From the NCBI GenBank assembly GCA_002299915.1, contig DBOG01000014.1:6268-70267 (forward strand): a DNA stretch of 64,000 bases, read 5' to 3'. The position numbers were made by a program, and so were the translations under genes. The notes under the pieces were generated by a model. The model was not told the origin of the DNA and did no database searches. It was given only the letters and a program-made list of their open reading frames with translations. Shown here piece by piece: positions 32,701 to 42,104 of this stretch. Numbering within the stretch: the first letter of the stretch is position 1; the number at the start of each line of letters is the position of its first letter. This stretch comes from Proteobacteria bacterium UBA652 (GTDB lineage Bacteria > Pseudomonadota > Gammaproteobacteria > Nitrosococcales > Methylophagaceae).

Positions 32701-34652
32701 TGATAAATCAAAGTTTATTATTAACCATCGTCCTCGCACCTTTATCGGGGAGTGTGATCGCGGGGCTATTTGGTTATCGCATCGGTAGAACTGCTTCACA
32801 TTGGGTAGCCGTTTTAGGGGTGGCGATTGCTTTTATCTTATCGACCTATGTACTAAAGCTGGTACTGAATGGCGCGACTTATAATGTGGCGGTATACCAG
32901 TGGATGCAAGTGGGCTCACTCAGCCTTGAAGTGGGCTTTATGGTGGATTCACTGACGGCGATGATGATGGTGGTGGTGACCTTTGTCTCCTTAATGGTGC
33001 ATATTTATACTATCGGTTATATGCACGATGATGATGGTTATACCCGCTTCTTCAGCTATATTTCCTTATTTACCTTTGCCATGTTGATGCTGGTGATGGC
33101 AAATAATTTCATGCAATTATTTTTTGGCTGGGAAGCAGTCGGATTGGTCTCTTATTTATTGATTGGATTCTGGTATAAAAAACCGACCGCCATTTATGCC
33201 AACCTCAAAGCATTCTTGGTCAATCGCGTAGGTGATTTTGGCTTCATCCTCGGGATTGCAGCGGTATTGATGTACACAGGAAGTCTGGATTATGTCACGG
33301 TGTTTGCCCAAGCACCGGAGATGGCAACCCAAACCATGAGCCTGTTTTCAGGCACACAATGGTCAGTAATGACGGTGACTTGTATTTTGTTATTTATCGG
33401 TGCAATGGGTAAATCAGCCCAAGTGCCATTACATGTGTGGCTACCTGATTCAATGGAAGGCCCAACGCCAATTTCAGCTTTGATCCATGCGGCGACAATG
33501 GTAACAGCAGGTATTTTTATGGTGGCGCGGATGTCGCCCTTATTTGAATTCTCAGAAACAGCGCTGTCGTTTGTGTTGGTGATCGGTGCAATTACGGCGT
33601 TATTTATGGGTTTCTTGGGGCTGATTCAAAATGATATTAAGCGGGTGGTGGCGTATTCAACCTTATCTCAACTAGGCTATATGACGGTGGCGCTCGGTGT
33701 ATCGGCTTACTCAGCCAGTGTTTTCCATTTAATGACCCATGCTTTCTTTAAAGCGTTGTTATTCCTCGCTGCTGGCTCGGTGATCATGGCCATGCATCAT
33801 GAACAAGATATTCGCAAAATGGGGGGCTTGAAAAAATATGTGCCGATTACTTATTGGACGAGTTTAATCGGATCATTGGCTTTAATCGGTATGCCGGGCT
33901 TTGCAGGGTTCTTCTCCAAAGATACGATTATAGAAGCGGTGCATGCCTCGCATATTACAGGCAGTGGATTTGCTTATTTTGCAGTGGTGGTAGGGGTGTT
34001 TATTACGGCGTTATATAGTTTTCGAATGTTTTTCCTCGTATTCCACGGCAAAGAACGATTCGATGCCCATGGTCATCCGCCACATGAATCTCCAGCAGTG
34101 GTGACAGTCCCGCTCATTTTATTGGCGATTCCTTCAGTGGTGGCGGGTTATTTGCTGAGTAAAATGGTATTTGGTGATTTCTTTGAGGGGGCAATTATCG
34201 TGCACCCTGAACATGATGTATTGGCACATGCTGCGGAAAACTTTCATGGGCTATGGGGATTCATGTTGCACGGCATGCAACAACTTCCCTTCTGGCTAGC
34301 AATTTCAGGGGTGGCAACGGCTTATTTCCTTTATTTAAAACGACCGGATTTACCACCGCTGATCCAACGGCGATTAAGCTGGGTGCATCGTGTTCTCGAT
34401 AATAACTATTATTTTGATGCCTTTAATGAAAAAGTTTTTGCCGGCGGTGCGAGATTGAAAGGAAAATTACTGTGGCAGCTGGGCGATCAGAAGTTGATTG
34501 ATGGCTGGGGGGTGAATGGTGTCGCAAAATCGGTTGGTTGGATAGCAAAAACGGTGCGTAAGCTGCAATCAGGATTGTTATACCACTATGCCTTTGCGAT
34601 GATGATTGGCGTGTTAGTGCTGCTCTATTGGCCAAGGATATCGGGCACATGA
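32700..34652 (+). CDS. nuoL: NADH-quinone oxidoreductase subunit L
   Basis: About 650 aa antiporter-like subunit. [48 protein letters not shown]. ATG 32700 (a TTG at 32697 is also possible). Confidence 0.95.
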   Translation: [650 protein letters not shown]

Positions 34653-36157
34653 TGTCAGAACATTATTTACTATCGATATTGATCTGGTTGCCTATTGTAG
34701 GCGGGCTGATTGTGTTGATGAAAGGCAATGCCCGCTGCATGCGAAAATCAGCGCTGACCTTTTCAGTACTGACTTTTATCGCGTCAATCTTGCTGTATAC
34801 GGGATTTGATAACGGCACCCATCAAATGCAGTTTGTCGAACAACTATCGTGGATAAGCAGCTATGACATTAATTACTATCTCGGTGTCGATGGCTTTTCG
34901 ATGCCCTTAATTATTTTGACCACCTTTTCAACGATATTAGTCGTGGTGGCGGGCTGGGAAGTGATTCAAGATCGTGCCCATCAATATATGGCGGCGTTCC
35001 TGATAATGGAAGGCTTAATGATTGGCGTATTCTCCGCTTTAGATGCGGTGTTGTTCTATGTGTTTTTCGAGGCAATGCTCATTCCATTGTTTTTAGTCAT
35101 CGGTATTTGGGGCGGGCCGAATCGAGTCTATGCGACGATTAAATTCTTCCTCTATACCTTCTTGGGCTCAGTCTTTTTACTGCTAGCTTTACTTTACTTG
35201 CATCGTGCATCGGGTAGCTTCTCTTTATTGGCATTCCAAGATGTAGCCTTAACCATGACAGAGCAAACATGGTTGTTCTTTGCCTTTTTGATTGCCTTTG
35301 CGGTGAAAGTGCCGATGTGGCCAGTACACACCTGGTTGCCTGATGCGCATGTGGAAGCGCCAACAGGTGGCTCGGTTATTTTAGCCGCGATTACGCTGAA
35401 AATTGGCGGCTATGGCTTTATTCGATTTGTGTTGCCGATGTTACCTGATGCCAGCATGGCATTTGATTGGCTAGTGATTACTTTATCGCTGATTGCGGTG
35501 GTGTATATTGGTTTCGTTGCTTTGGCACAATCGGATATGAAGAAGCTGATTGCCTATTCTAGTATCGCGCATATGGGGTTTGTAACCTTGGGGTTATTTG
35601 CCATTTTTAGAATCATAGCGAATACGACAGATACCACGGGTGCGATCTTAGCCGTTGAAGGCGCAATGGTGCAGATGATTTCTCATGGGTTAATTGCAGC
35701 GGCGATGTTCTTGAGCGTCGGCGTATTATATGATCGTATGCATAGTCGTGAAATTGGTGCTTATGGTGGTGTTATTAATACGATGCCGCTGTTTGCAGGC
35801 TTTGCGGTGTTTTTTGCAATGGCAAATGCCGGCCTGCCAGGCACATCAGGTTTTGTGGGTGAATTTATGGTGATTTTAGCTGTATTCCAAGCCAATTTCT
35901 GGTTTGCCTTTTTGGCTGCGACCACCTTAATCTTAGGTGCCGCTTACACGCTGTGGATGGTGAAGCGGGTTATGTTTGGTGATATTGCCAATGACGGGGT
36001 GGCGGCATTGCAAGATGTGAATCGTCGAGAATTCTGGATGCTAGCTGTATTAGCGATGTTGGTACTAGTATTAGGCGTGTGGCCTGCACCGTTGGTCGAT
36101 GTATTCCATGCATCCGTTGAGCATTTATTAACGCAAATTGGGCAGTCTAAATTATGA
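34649..36157 (+). CDS. nuoM: NADH-quinone oxidoreductase subunit M
   Basis: About 502 aa. [26 protein letters not shown] and [10 protein letters not shown] motifs. The ATG overlaps the nuoL stop. Confidence 0.95.
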
Positions 36158-37506
36158 CCTTTTCTATTCCTAATATCGCGTTTGCGTTACCTGAAATGGT
36201 CTTACTGGGATTTGGTTGTGCGCTATTATTGATTGTTGCCTATGTAGATAGGGCGCCACAGGGTAGTGGATTTATTGCTTACTGGTTTAGCCAAGCAACA
36301 TTTGTGATCACGGGATTGGTGATTTTTCAGGGTATGGGTGGAGAGGGCGGTCAAACCTTTAATGGCGGTTACATTAAAGATGGCTTGAGCGATATATTAA
36401 AACTTGCGATTTGCCTTATCAATATGGTGGTATTGCTGTATTCCAGACATTACCTACAAGCCCGTGGTTTATTTACAGGCGCCTATTATATTCTCGCCGT
36501 ATTCGCGACCTTAGGCATGTTGATTATGGTCTCTGCCTATCATTTTCTTACTTTGTATCTTGGTTTAGAGCTGTTATCGCTGTGTTTATATGCGATTGTG
36601 GCGATGCATCGCGATAATAAAATCGCCACCGAAGCGGCAATGAAATATTTCATTCTGGGTGCTTTGGCATCGGGTATGTTGCTATATGGCATGTCGATTA
36701 TTTATGGTGCGACAGGCAGCCTTGCAATTCCAGAGGTGGCGGAAGCCATTCTGAGTGGCTCGGTGAATCGTGTGGTGCTCAACTTTGGTTTAGTTTTCTT
36801 AGTGGTCGGCATTGGCTTCAAATTAGGTGCGGTACCTTTTCATATGTGGTTGCCAGATGTGTATGATGGCGCCCCCACGGCAATGACCTTATTTATCGCG
36901 ACAGCGCCTAAAATAGCGGGTTTTGCAATGATTATCCGCTTATTGGCAGAAGGCTTAGGCGGAGCGCATGCACATTGGCAGACTTTGCTGATCATTTTAG
37001 CGGTATTATCGATGGTAATTGGTAATCTAGCCGCAATTGCCCAAACGAATATTAAACGTATGTTAGCGTATTCCACTATTTCCCATGTTGGATTTATTTT
37101 ATTGGGTGTATTGGTCGGCACAGCAGAAGGTTATGCCGCAGCGATGTTTTATGTGTTGGCATATGTATTGATGACCTTGGGTGGCTTTGGCATGATTTTA
37201 CTGATGAGTCGCGCCGGATTTGAAGCAGATAATATTACCGATTATCAAGGGCTGGGGCAGCGTTATCCATGGTTTGCCATGATGATGATGATTTTGATGT
37301 TCTCAATGGCGGGGGTGCCACCGATGGTGGGGTTCTTTGCTAAGTTCGCAGTAATCAATGCCGCTGTTGACGCGGGGTTGATGCCGATTGCCATTGTTGC
37401 ACCCAAAACATTCCAATGGGCGCTCAGTGTGAATGCCTTAGCCGTGTTAGGATTGGGTTTCTTTCCAGGTGCACTGTTGGCGCTGTGCACACGCATATTT
37501 ATGTAG
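36154..37506 (+). CDS. nuoN: NADH-quinone oxidoreductase subunit N (about 30 aa shorter than typical, C-terminal helix apparently missing)
   Basis: 450 aa. [31 protein letters not shown] and [10 protein letters not shown] motifs. After [17 protein letters not shown] the usual -YYLR--K-MYF- helix is not seen. Confidence 0.88.
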   Translation: MTFSIPNIAFALPEMVLLGFGCALLLIVAYVDRAPQGSGFIAYWFSQATFVITGLVIFQGMGGEGGQTFNGGYIKDGLSDILKLAICLINMVVLLYSRHYLQARGLFTGAYYILAVFATLGMLIMVSAYHFLTLYLGLELLSLCLYAIVAMHRDNKIATEAAMKYFILGALASGMLLYGMSIIYGATGSLAIPEVAEAILSGSVNRVVLNFGLVFLVVGIGFKLGAVPFHMWLPDVYDGAPTAMTLFIATAPKIAGFAMIIRLLAEGLGGAHAHWQTLLIILAVLSMVIGNLAAIAQTNIKRMLAYSTISHVGFILLGVLVGTAEGYAAAMFYVLAYVLMTLGGFGMILLMSRAGFEADNITDYQGLGQRYPWFAMMMMILMFSMAGVPPMVGFFAKFAVINAAVDAGLMPIAIVAPKTFQWALSVNALAVLGLGFFPGALLALCTRIFM

Positions 37507-37513
37507 GTAATTA

Positions 37514-37822
37514 ATGACAACGCTGTTAATTTTAACTTTTCTAATCGCCGCTAGCCTGCCTTTTATAACGCAACGCTTATTCCTGTTTTGGCCCCGATCA
37601 GCAGGTAAATCTGTCGGTCTGCGGTTATTAGAACTACTGGTGTTTTATGGTTTCTGCATGCTGATTGCACGTGGATTGGAATCGCGCTTTTCAGGTGATA
37701 TTTATCCACAAACATGGGAATTTTACGTTACGACCTTTTGCTTCTTTTTAGTGTTGGCGGTGCCGAGTGTGATTTATCGCTATCAGTGGTTGCCAGCACA
37801 AGCAAAAGCACGCGACAGTTGA
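37514..37822 (+). CDS. DUF2818-like small membrane protein (commonly follows nuoN)
   Basis: 102 aa, three predicted TM helices, 7 nt after nuoN. Position and size match the DUF2818 genes seen after nuoN in beta- and gammaproteobacteria (recalled, not searched). Confidence 0.55.
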   Translation: MTTLLILTFLIAASLPFITQRLFLFWPRSAGKSVGLRLLELLVFYGFCMLIARGLESRFSGDIYPQTWEFYVTTFCFFLVLAVPSVIYRYQWLPAQAKARDS

Positions 37823-37830
37823 GTTTTAAA

Positions 37831-38805
37831 TTAACGCTTTTCAGTGGCAGCTTGTCGCTGATCTGTCGCCAATACAGCTAGCATCTGTTCCATGTCTTCA
37901 GGCAGTACAGCATGCCAGATCACATTTTCACCCGTCGTTGGGTGTACAAAGCCAAGCGTTGCCGCATGGAGCGCTTGGCGACGGAAACCTTGCACGACAG
38001 TACGGAATGCTTCATCCGTATTTTTAGGTAATTTCAATCGTCCACCATAAACAGGATCACCCAATAAAGGATAGCGGATATGTGCCATATGCACGCGGAT
38101 TTGGTGGGTACGGCCTGTTTCCAGCTTACACGTAATATGCGTATGCCCCCGAAAGCGCGTAACAACACGATAATGGGTAACAGCATGCTTGCCCGAATCG
38201 GTGACTGTCATCTTTTTACGATCGATATGATGGCGGCCAACAGGCTCATCCACTATCCCGCCTGCTGTCATCACACCACACACAATCGCCTGATATTCAC
38301 GGATCACCGTGCGTTTTTGTAGTTGCGTAGTCAAGGAATGATGTGCAGGCAATGTTTTTGCCACCATGAGCAGCCCTGTGGTGCTTTTATCAATCCGATG
38401 GATAATACCCGCGCGTGGCAGTGTCTCTAATTGTGGAACATGATGCAATAAGGCATTCACCAGCGTACCATTTTGGTTACCCGCGCCGGGATGCACCACC
38501 AAACCGGCTGGTTTATTAATGATAATGACATCATCATCTTCATACACCACATCTAAGCTAATCGGTTCTGCCGTCCAATTTTCATCGGCCACTTCAATCG
38601 TCGCATTGATTTCAATCTGCTCGCCACCCATTACTTTATCGCGCGGCCGCAGTGTTTCGCCATTCACACTCACATAGCCTTGCTTAATCCAGCCAGTAAG
38701 CCGACCACGGGAATAATCAGGGAATACTTGTGCCAAAGCCTGATCAAGGCGCATACCCGCGAGTTCATCAGGGATTGTATCGGCAAGGTGGAGAGAATCA
38801 GACAT
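37831..38805 (-). CDS. rluD: 23S rRNA pseudouridine synthase RluD
   Basis: 324 aa. N-terminal S4 domain (RLDQALAQVFPDYSRGRL). HRIDKSTTGLLMVAKT catalytic motif. THQIRVHMAH. Confidence 0.9.
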   Translation of the reverse strand: MSDSLHLADTIPDELAGMRLDQALAQVFPDYSRGRLTGWIKQGYVSVNGETLRPRDKVMGGEQIEINATIEVADENWTAEPISLDVVYEDDDVIIINKPAGLVVHPGAGNQNGTLVNALLHHVPQLETLPRAGIIHRIDKSTTGLLMVAKTLPAHHSLTTQLQKRTVIREYQAIVCGVMTAGGIVDEPVGRHHIDRKKMTVTDSGKHAVTHYRVVTRFRGHTHITCKLETGRTHQIRVHMAHIRYPLLGDPVYGGRLKLPKNTDEAFRTVVQGFRRQALHAATLGFVHPTTGENVIWHAVLPEDMEQMLAVLATDQRQAATEKR

Positions 38806-38949
38806 GTTTTTTTTGTGTTTTTATAGTATAAGAGGCGCATTATACCGTAGGTTGATTGAACTATTAGCTGGAAAATTGTAAATGAAGTATATCGGCGTAG
38901 ATTTTTTTACCGATGAATACGACAATGATAGGGATAGCACAGTCGGCAG

Positions 38950-39183
38950 ATGCGCGCGCATACATTATTAACACCTTCCTGTGCGGCTGGTCATGCTACA
39001 AATCGACATAGTGTGAAGGACAATATTGATTCACTGGCTGGAATAAAGGCCGAGAAAATTATCAAGCGGCTAGCGCAGTTTGGGAATGGAGAACGTGAAT
39101 CAACAGTGATGCATCATTTTTCTGTAGGTTACACTGAAGCTGAGGTTGTGAAGATGGCGAATTATTTTGAGGAGCAGGAATAA
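38950..39183 (+). pseudogene. degenerate class-I c-type cytochrome remnant (flavocytochrome-c small-subunit-like), haem motif CXXCH changed to CAAGH, no signal peptide in frame
   Basis: The peptide SCAAGHATN-HS ... IDSLAGI ... LAQFGNGERESTVMHHFSVGYTEAEVVKMANYFEEQE follows the CxxCHG-nG ... PsLAG ... FksGeR--T-M----kGY---E---mA-YF pattern, but with Gly in place of the second Cys. A possible signal-peptide start (ATG 38913) lies in another frame across a GCGCGCGC run. Confidence 0.45.
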
Positions 39184-40405
39184 ATTGAATATTTTTAATA
39201 TAGCTTGGCTGAGTTTTATTTTATGTTTATCAGGCTCGGCCTTAGCGGTGGATTTTGATGTAACCCTGTCACCACCCATACTAGATAACCCTATTGAAAT
39301 CTCAATTCCATCAGATGCGGGCGGCTTAGCTGACCCACTTCGATTTGTGCCTGACTGGGCTGCATATAGTGCCTGTGGTGCTGGTGGAATTTATCTATTT
39401 AATCTCAATCTTCCTGCATATCAAAATAAGGATTTCTTGATTACTTTTGATGGTGATGCGCCGCTTGCTTATCCGGTTCTTATTTGGGGCGGGAGAAATG
39501 TTATTGTTAGAGGCTTGGATATTAAACTGGAAACAGAAGCTGGAAATGAGGCGGGCGCTCTCGTGTTACATACACCGGGGCATCCAGAGGTCGCTAATCC
39601 CCATCCTATTGTGCCAACATGCCGTGGGTTAGGTTTAAACCGAAATAGTAATTCAACTCACTGGATTGAAGGCCTACATTTAGATACCAATGGGCATGAT
39701 GCAGATGGCATTGTTATTGCTGGCCCTGCAAGTGCTGGCAGCTCAAAAGTGGTGATACAAAACGCGTTAATTGAGGGTATTGAAGGATATTATTACCTTC
39801 ATGGTGATATTTTACAGACACAATCTGGACATTTGAATGAATTGGCATTTGAAAATGTAACGATGCGGCAAGCATCGGAGGGCGTGACGCTGTCATATCC
39901 TGTGAATAATTTAATACTGCGAAATGTGGATTACGATACTGATACACGGTTTGATTCGGATGATCCAGGGGATAGTGCATATGGTGGGGCTGTTGCCGCG
40001 ACTAACGTCCAAGAGACTTATACGCTAGAAAACCTTTACGTTAAGTATAAAAATGAAGGTGAATTCTGGGTGCTCATACAAGATCAACATTTTACATCGC
40101 CTGCTCAAGCGGGAACAGTGGTTTATGGTGTTACGACCGTATATAACCCAGAAGTTATTTACAATGCCGCCCCACCAGGAGGAGATTATGCCCCTGCCAA
40201 CTTGGTTGGTCGATTTTATGAGCAACAAATAAGCGAGCCAGTAATGGGTGAGTGTGATGGCGTGTCAGGGGTTAATATTAATGATGTTATTTGTGTGATC
40301 AATCAGATATTGAATTCAACGAGTTCGACTGTTGGAGAATGTGATGGTCAGCCTGGCATTAATATCAATGATGTCATTTGCACGATAAATGAAGTATTGA
40401 ATTAA
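39167..40405 (+). CDS. secreted protein, probable right-handed beta-helix body with two C-terminal Cys-flanked dockerin/EF-hand-like repeats
   Basis: Signal peptide NIFNIAWLSFILCLSGSALA. The central region has short G-rich turns (NVIVRGLDI, GIVIAG, VVIQNALIEG). The C-terminus has GECDGVSGVNINDVICVINQILN and GECDGQPGININDVICTINEVLN. The start may be TTG 39185 rather than ATG 39167. Confidence 0.6.
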   Translation: MRSRNKLNIFNIAWLSFILCLSGSALAVDFDVTLSPPILDNPIEISIPSDAGGLADPLRFVPDWAAYSACGAGGIYLFNLNLPAYQNKDFLITFDGDAPLAYPVLIWGGRNVIVRGLDIKLETEAGNEAGALVLHTPGHPEVANPHPIVPTCRGLGLNRNSNSTHWIEGLHLDTNGHDADGIVIAGPASAGSSKVVIQNALIEGIEGYYYLHGDILQTQSGHLNELAFENVTMRQASEGVTLSYPVNNLILRNVDYDTDTRFDSDDPGDSAYGGAVAATNVQETYTLENLYVKYKNEGEFWVLIQDQHFTSPAQAGTVVYGVTTVYNPEVIYNAAPPGGDYAPANLVGRFYEQQISEPVMGECDGVSGVNINDVICVINQILNSTSSTVGECDGQPGININDVICTINEVLN

Positions 40406-40423
40406 TCATCATTAAACCGTAGT

Positions 40424-41248
40424 TTATTTTTTCTGGCAACGAGAACAAAAATAAGTCGCCCTTTGGCCTAGTTGGATAAGCTGGATGGCTTGCATACACT
40501 TCACACAGGGTTCATTGGCGCGACCATAGACGGTGAGTTGTTGGCTGAAATAGCCGGGTTTGCCATCGCTTTGGCTGAAGTCTTTTAGGGTGGTGCCGCC
40601 GGCTTTGATGGCTTGGGTGAGCACTTGTTTAATGGTGCTAGCCAATAGTGCGCTTTGTTTTTTCGTTATTTTTCCTGCCGGTTTCTCTGGGTGGATATTG
40701 GCGAGAAATAAGGCTTCATTGGCATAGATATTCCCAACACCAACAACAATTTTGCCATCCATAATAAAGCCTTTGATATTGCAGCGTCGGTTGCGGCTTT
40801 TCTGGTAGAGTAAATCTGTATCAAATTCATCGCTAAGTGGCTCGGGGCCGAGATGTTGGATGAGAGTATGTTGCTCAATGGGCTCATCTGTCCAGAGAAT
40901 AGCACCGAACCGCCGTGGATCGGTGAGGCGCAGCACTTTTTGATTGCTAAATTGAATATCTAGGTGATCATGTTTTTCGGGTTCGGGAATCGGCGGGGAG
41001 AGGATCCGTAAGTGACCTGACATGCCGAGATGGAGAATCAAGGTGCTGCCACAATTTGATTCTAATAGACAATATTTGGCTCGGCGATATACGCGGCTGA
41101 TGATTTTATCTTGCAGTGTATTGGCGAGATCGTTCGGTACCGGCCAGCGGAGTTGATGATGGCGGGTCGTGGTGGCAATGATCGTTTTACCTTCGATATG
41201 CGGTGCGATGCCACGGCAGGTGGTTTCAACTTCAGGTAATTCAGGCAT
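40424..41248 (-). CDS. mutM: formamidopyrimidine-DNA glycosylase
   Basis: 274 aa from MPELPEVETT. H2TH region and C-terminal zinc finger CVKC ... CSRCQ. The longer ORF start at 41275 is rejected. Confidence 0.92.
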   Translation of the reverse strand: MPELPEVETTCRGIAPHIEGKTIIATTTRHHQLRWPVPNDLANTLQDKIISRVYRRAKYCLLESNCGSTLILHLGMSGHLRILSPPIPEPEKHDHLDIQFSNQKVLRLTDPRRFGAILWTDEPIEQHTLIQHLGPEPLSDEFDTDLLYQKSRNRRCNIKGFIMDGKIVVGVGNIYANEALFLANIHPEKPAGKITKKQSALLASTIKQVLTQAIKAGGTTLKDFSQSDGKPGYFSQQLTVYGRANEPCVKCMQAIQLIQLGQRATYFCSRCQKK

Positions 41249-42104
41249 CGGGAAACAGCTGCGTTTTGATGGCAATGGGGAAATGATATTGCAGTTTGTG
41301 TTGATGCTGTTGGAGGATCATTGCTTTTTCTGTGAATTGGATATGATAGTTGATAGGCGTATCGTCGCCTTCGAGCTGGAGGCTGAGTGTTGCACCTGCC
41401 TCTGCTGGTGGTTGTTTTACAATCTGCAGGTTGGCTGCTTGCGTGTGTTGCCATGCGGTGAGTAGGGCTCCTATTTGGTCTGGATTGAGTGTGTTATCGC
41501 TGCTGGTCCAGTGGCCTTCGACTTGTGATAAAAAACCATCGGGCCGCTCTAATCCGATCCAGCTGACATGAAGCAGGCGAGGCTGTTTATTACTTAACGA
41601 TGGAATAAGTTGATTATCAAGGAAGCTACTGGGATTAGCGAGTAATAAGGGATAGATACGATCAGCAATCAGATAGACTTTGTGTTGGTGATGAAGATAG
41701 CGCTGTTTATTGAGGGGAGATGTGTTGCCAAATTCAAATAGATGGTGATCGAGCAGAAGTTGGATTTGTGGAGGGGAAAGACCAAAAGGTGAGAGATCAA
41801 GATCATCGGATTGTTGGCTAAAGACGGGCGTGTTAAGTAAATCTAAGATAAATTGAATACGATTTGGATTGGCTTTGGCTAGTACAGGCGAAATCAGGTG
41901 CCAGTCGCCCTGTGTTGTGGATTTCACTAATAGAAGATCATTATGTTGCCGCTGAATGTGAATACGATTGATGCTGTCAGTTTGGATTTGGGTAAGTTGT
42001 TGGGGGCTGGATATTGTTGGCGGGCGCTGAGTAAGCCAGAAGAGACCAGAAATCAGTAGTAATAAGCCGATATTAATAAGGAATGATTTACGCATTAGTC
42101 TCAT
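41241..42104 (-). CDS. DUF4340-like protein (accessory component of GldG-type ABC systems)
   Basis: N-terminal TM anchor MRLMRKSFLINIGLLLLISGLFWL. The ATG overlaps the stop of the GldG-like gene (ATGA). The stop overlaps the mutM start by 8 nt. Confidence 0.55.
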   Translation of the reverse strand: MRLMRKSFLINIGLLLLISGLFWLTQRPPTISSPQQLTQIQTDSINRIHIQRQHNDLLLVKSTTQGDWHLISPVLAKANPNRIQFILDLLNTPVFSQQSDDLDLSPFGLSPPQIQLLLDHHLFEFGNTSPLNKQRYLHHQHKVYLIADRIYPLLLANPSSFLDNQLIPSLSNKQPRLLHVSWIGLERPDGFLSQVEGHWTSSDNTLNPDQIGALLTAWQHTQAANLQIVKQPPAEAGATLSLQLEGDDTPINYHIQFTEKAMILQQHQHKLQYHFPIAIKTQLFPDA

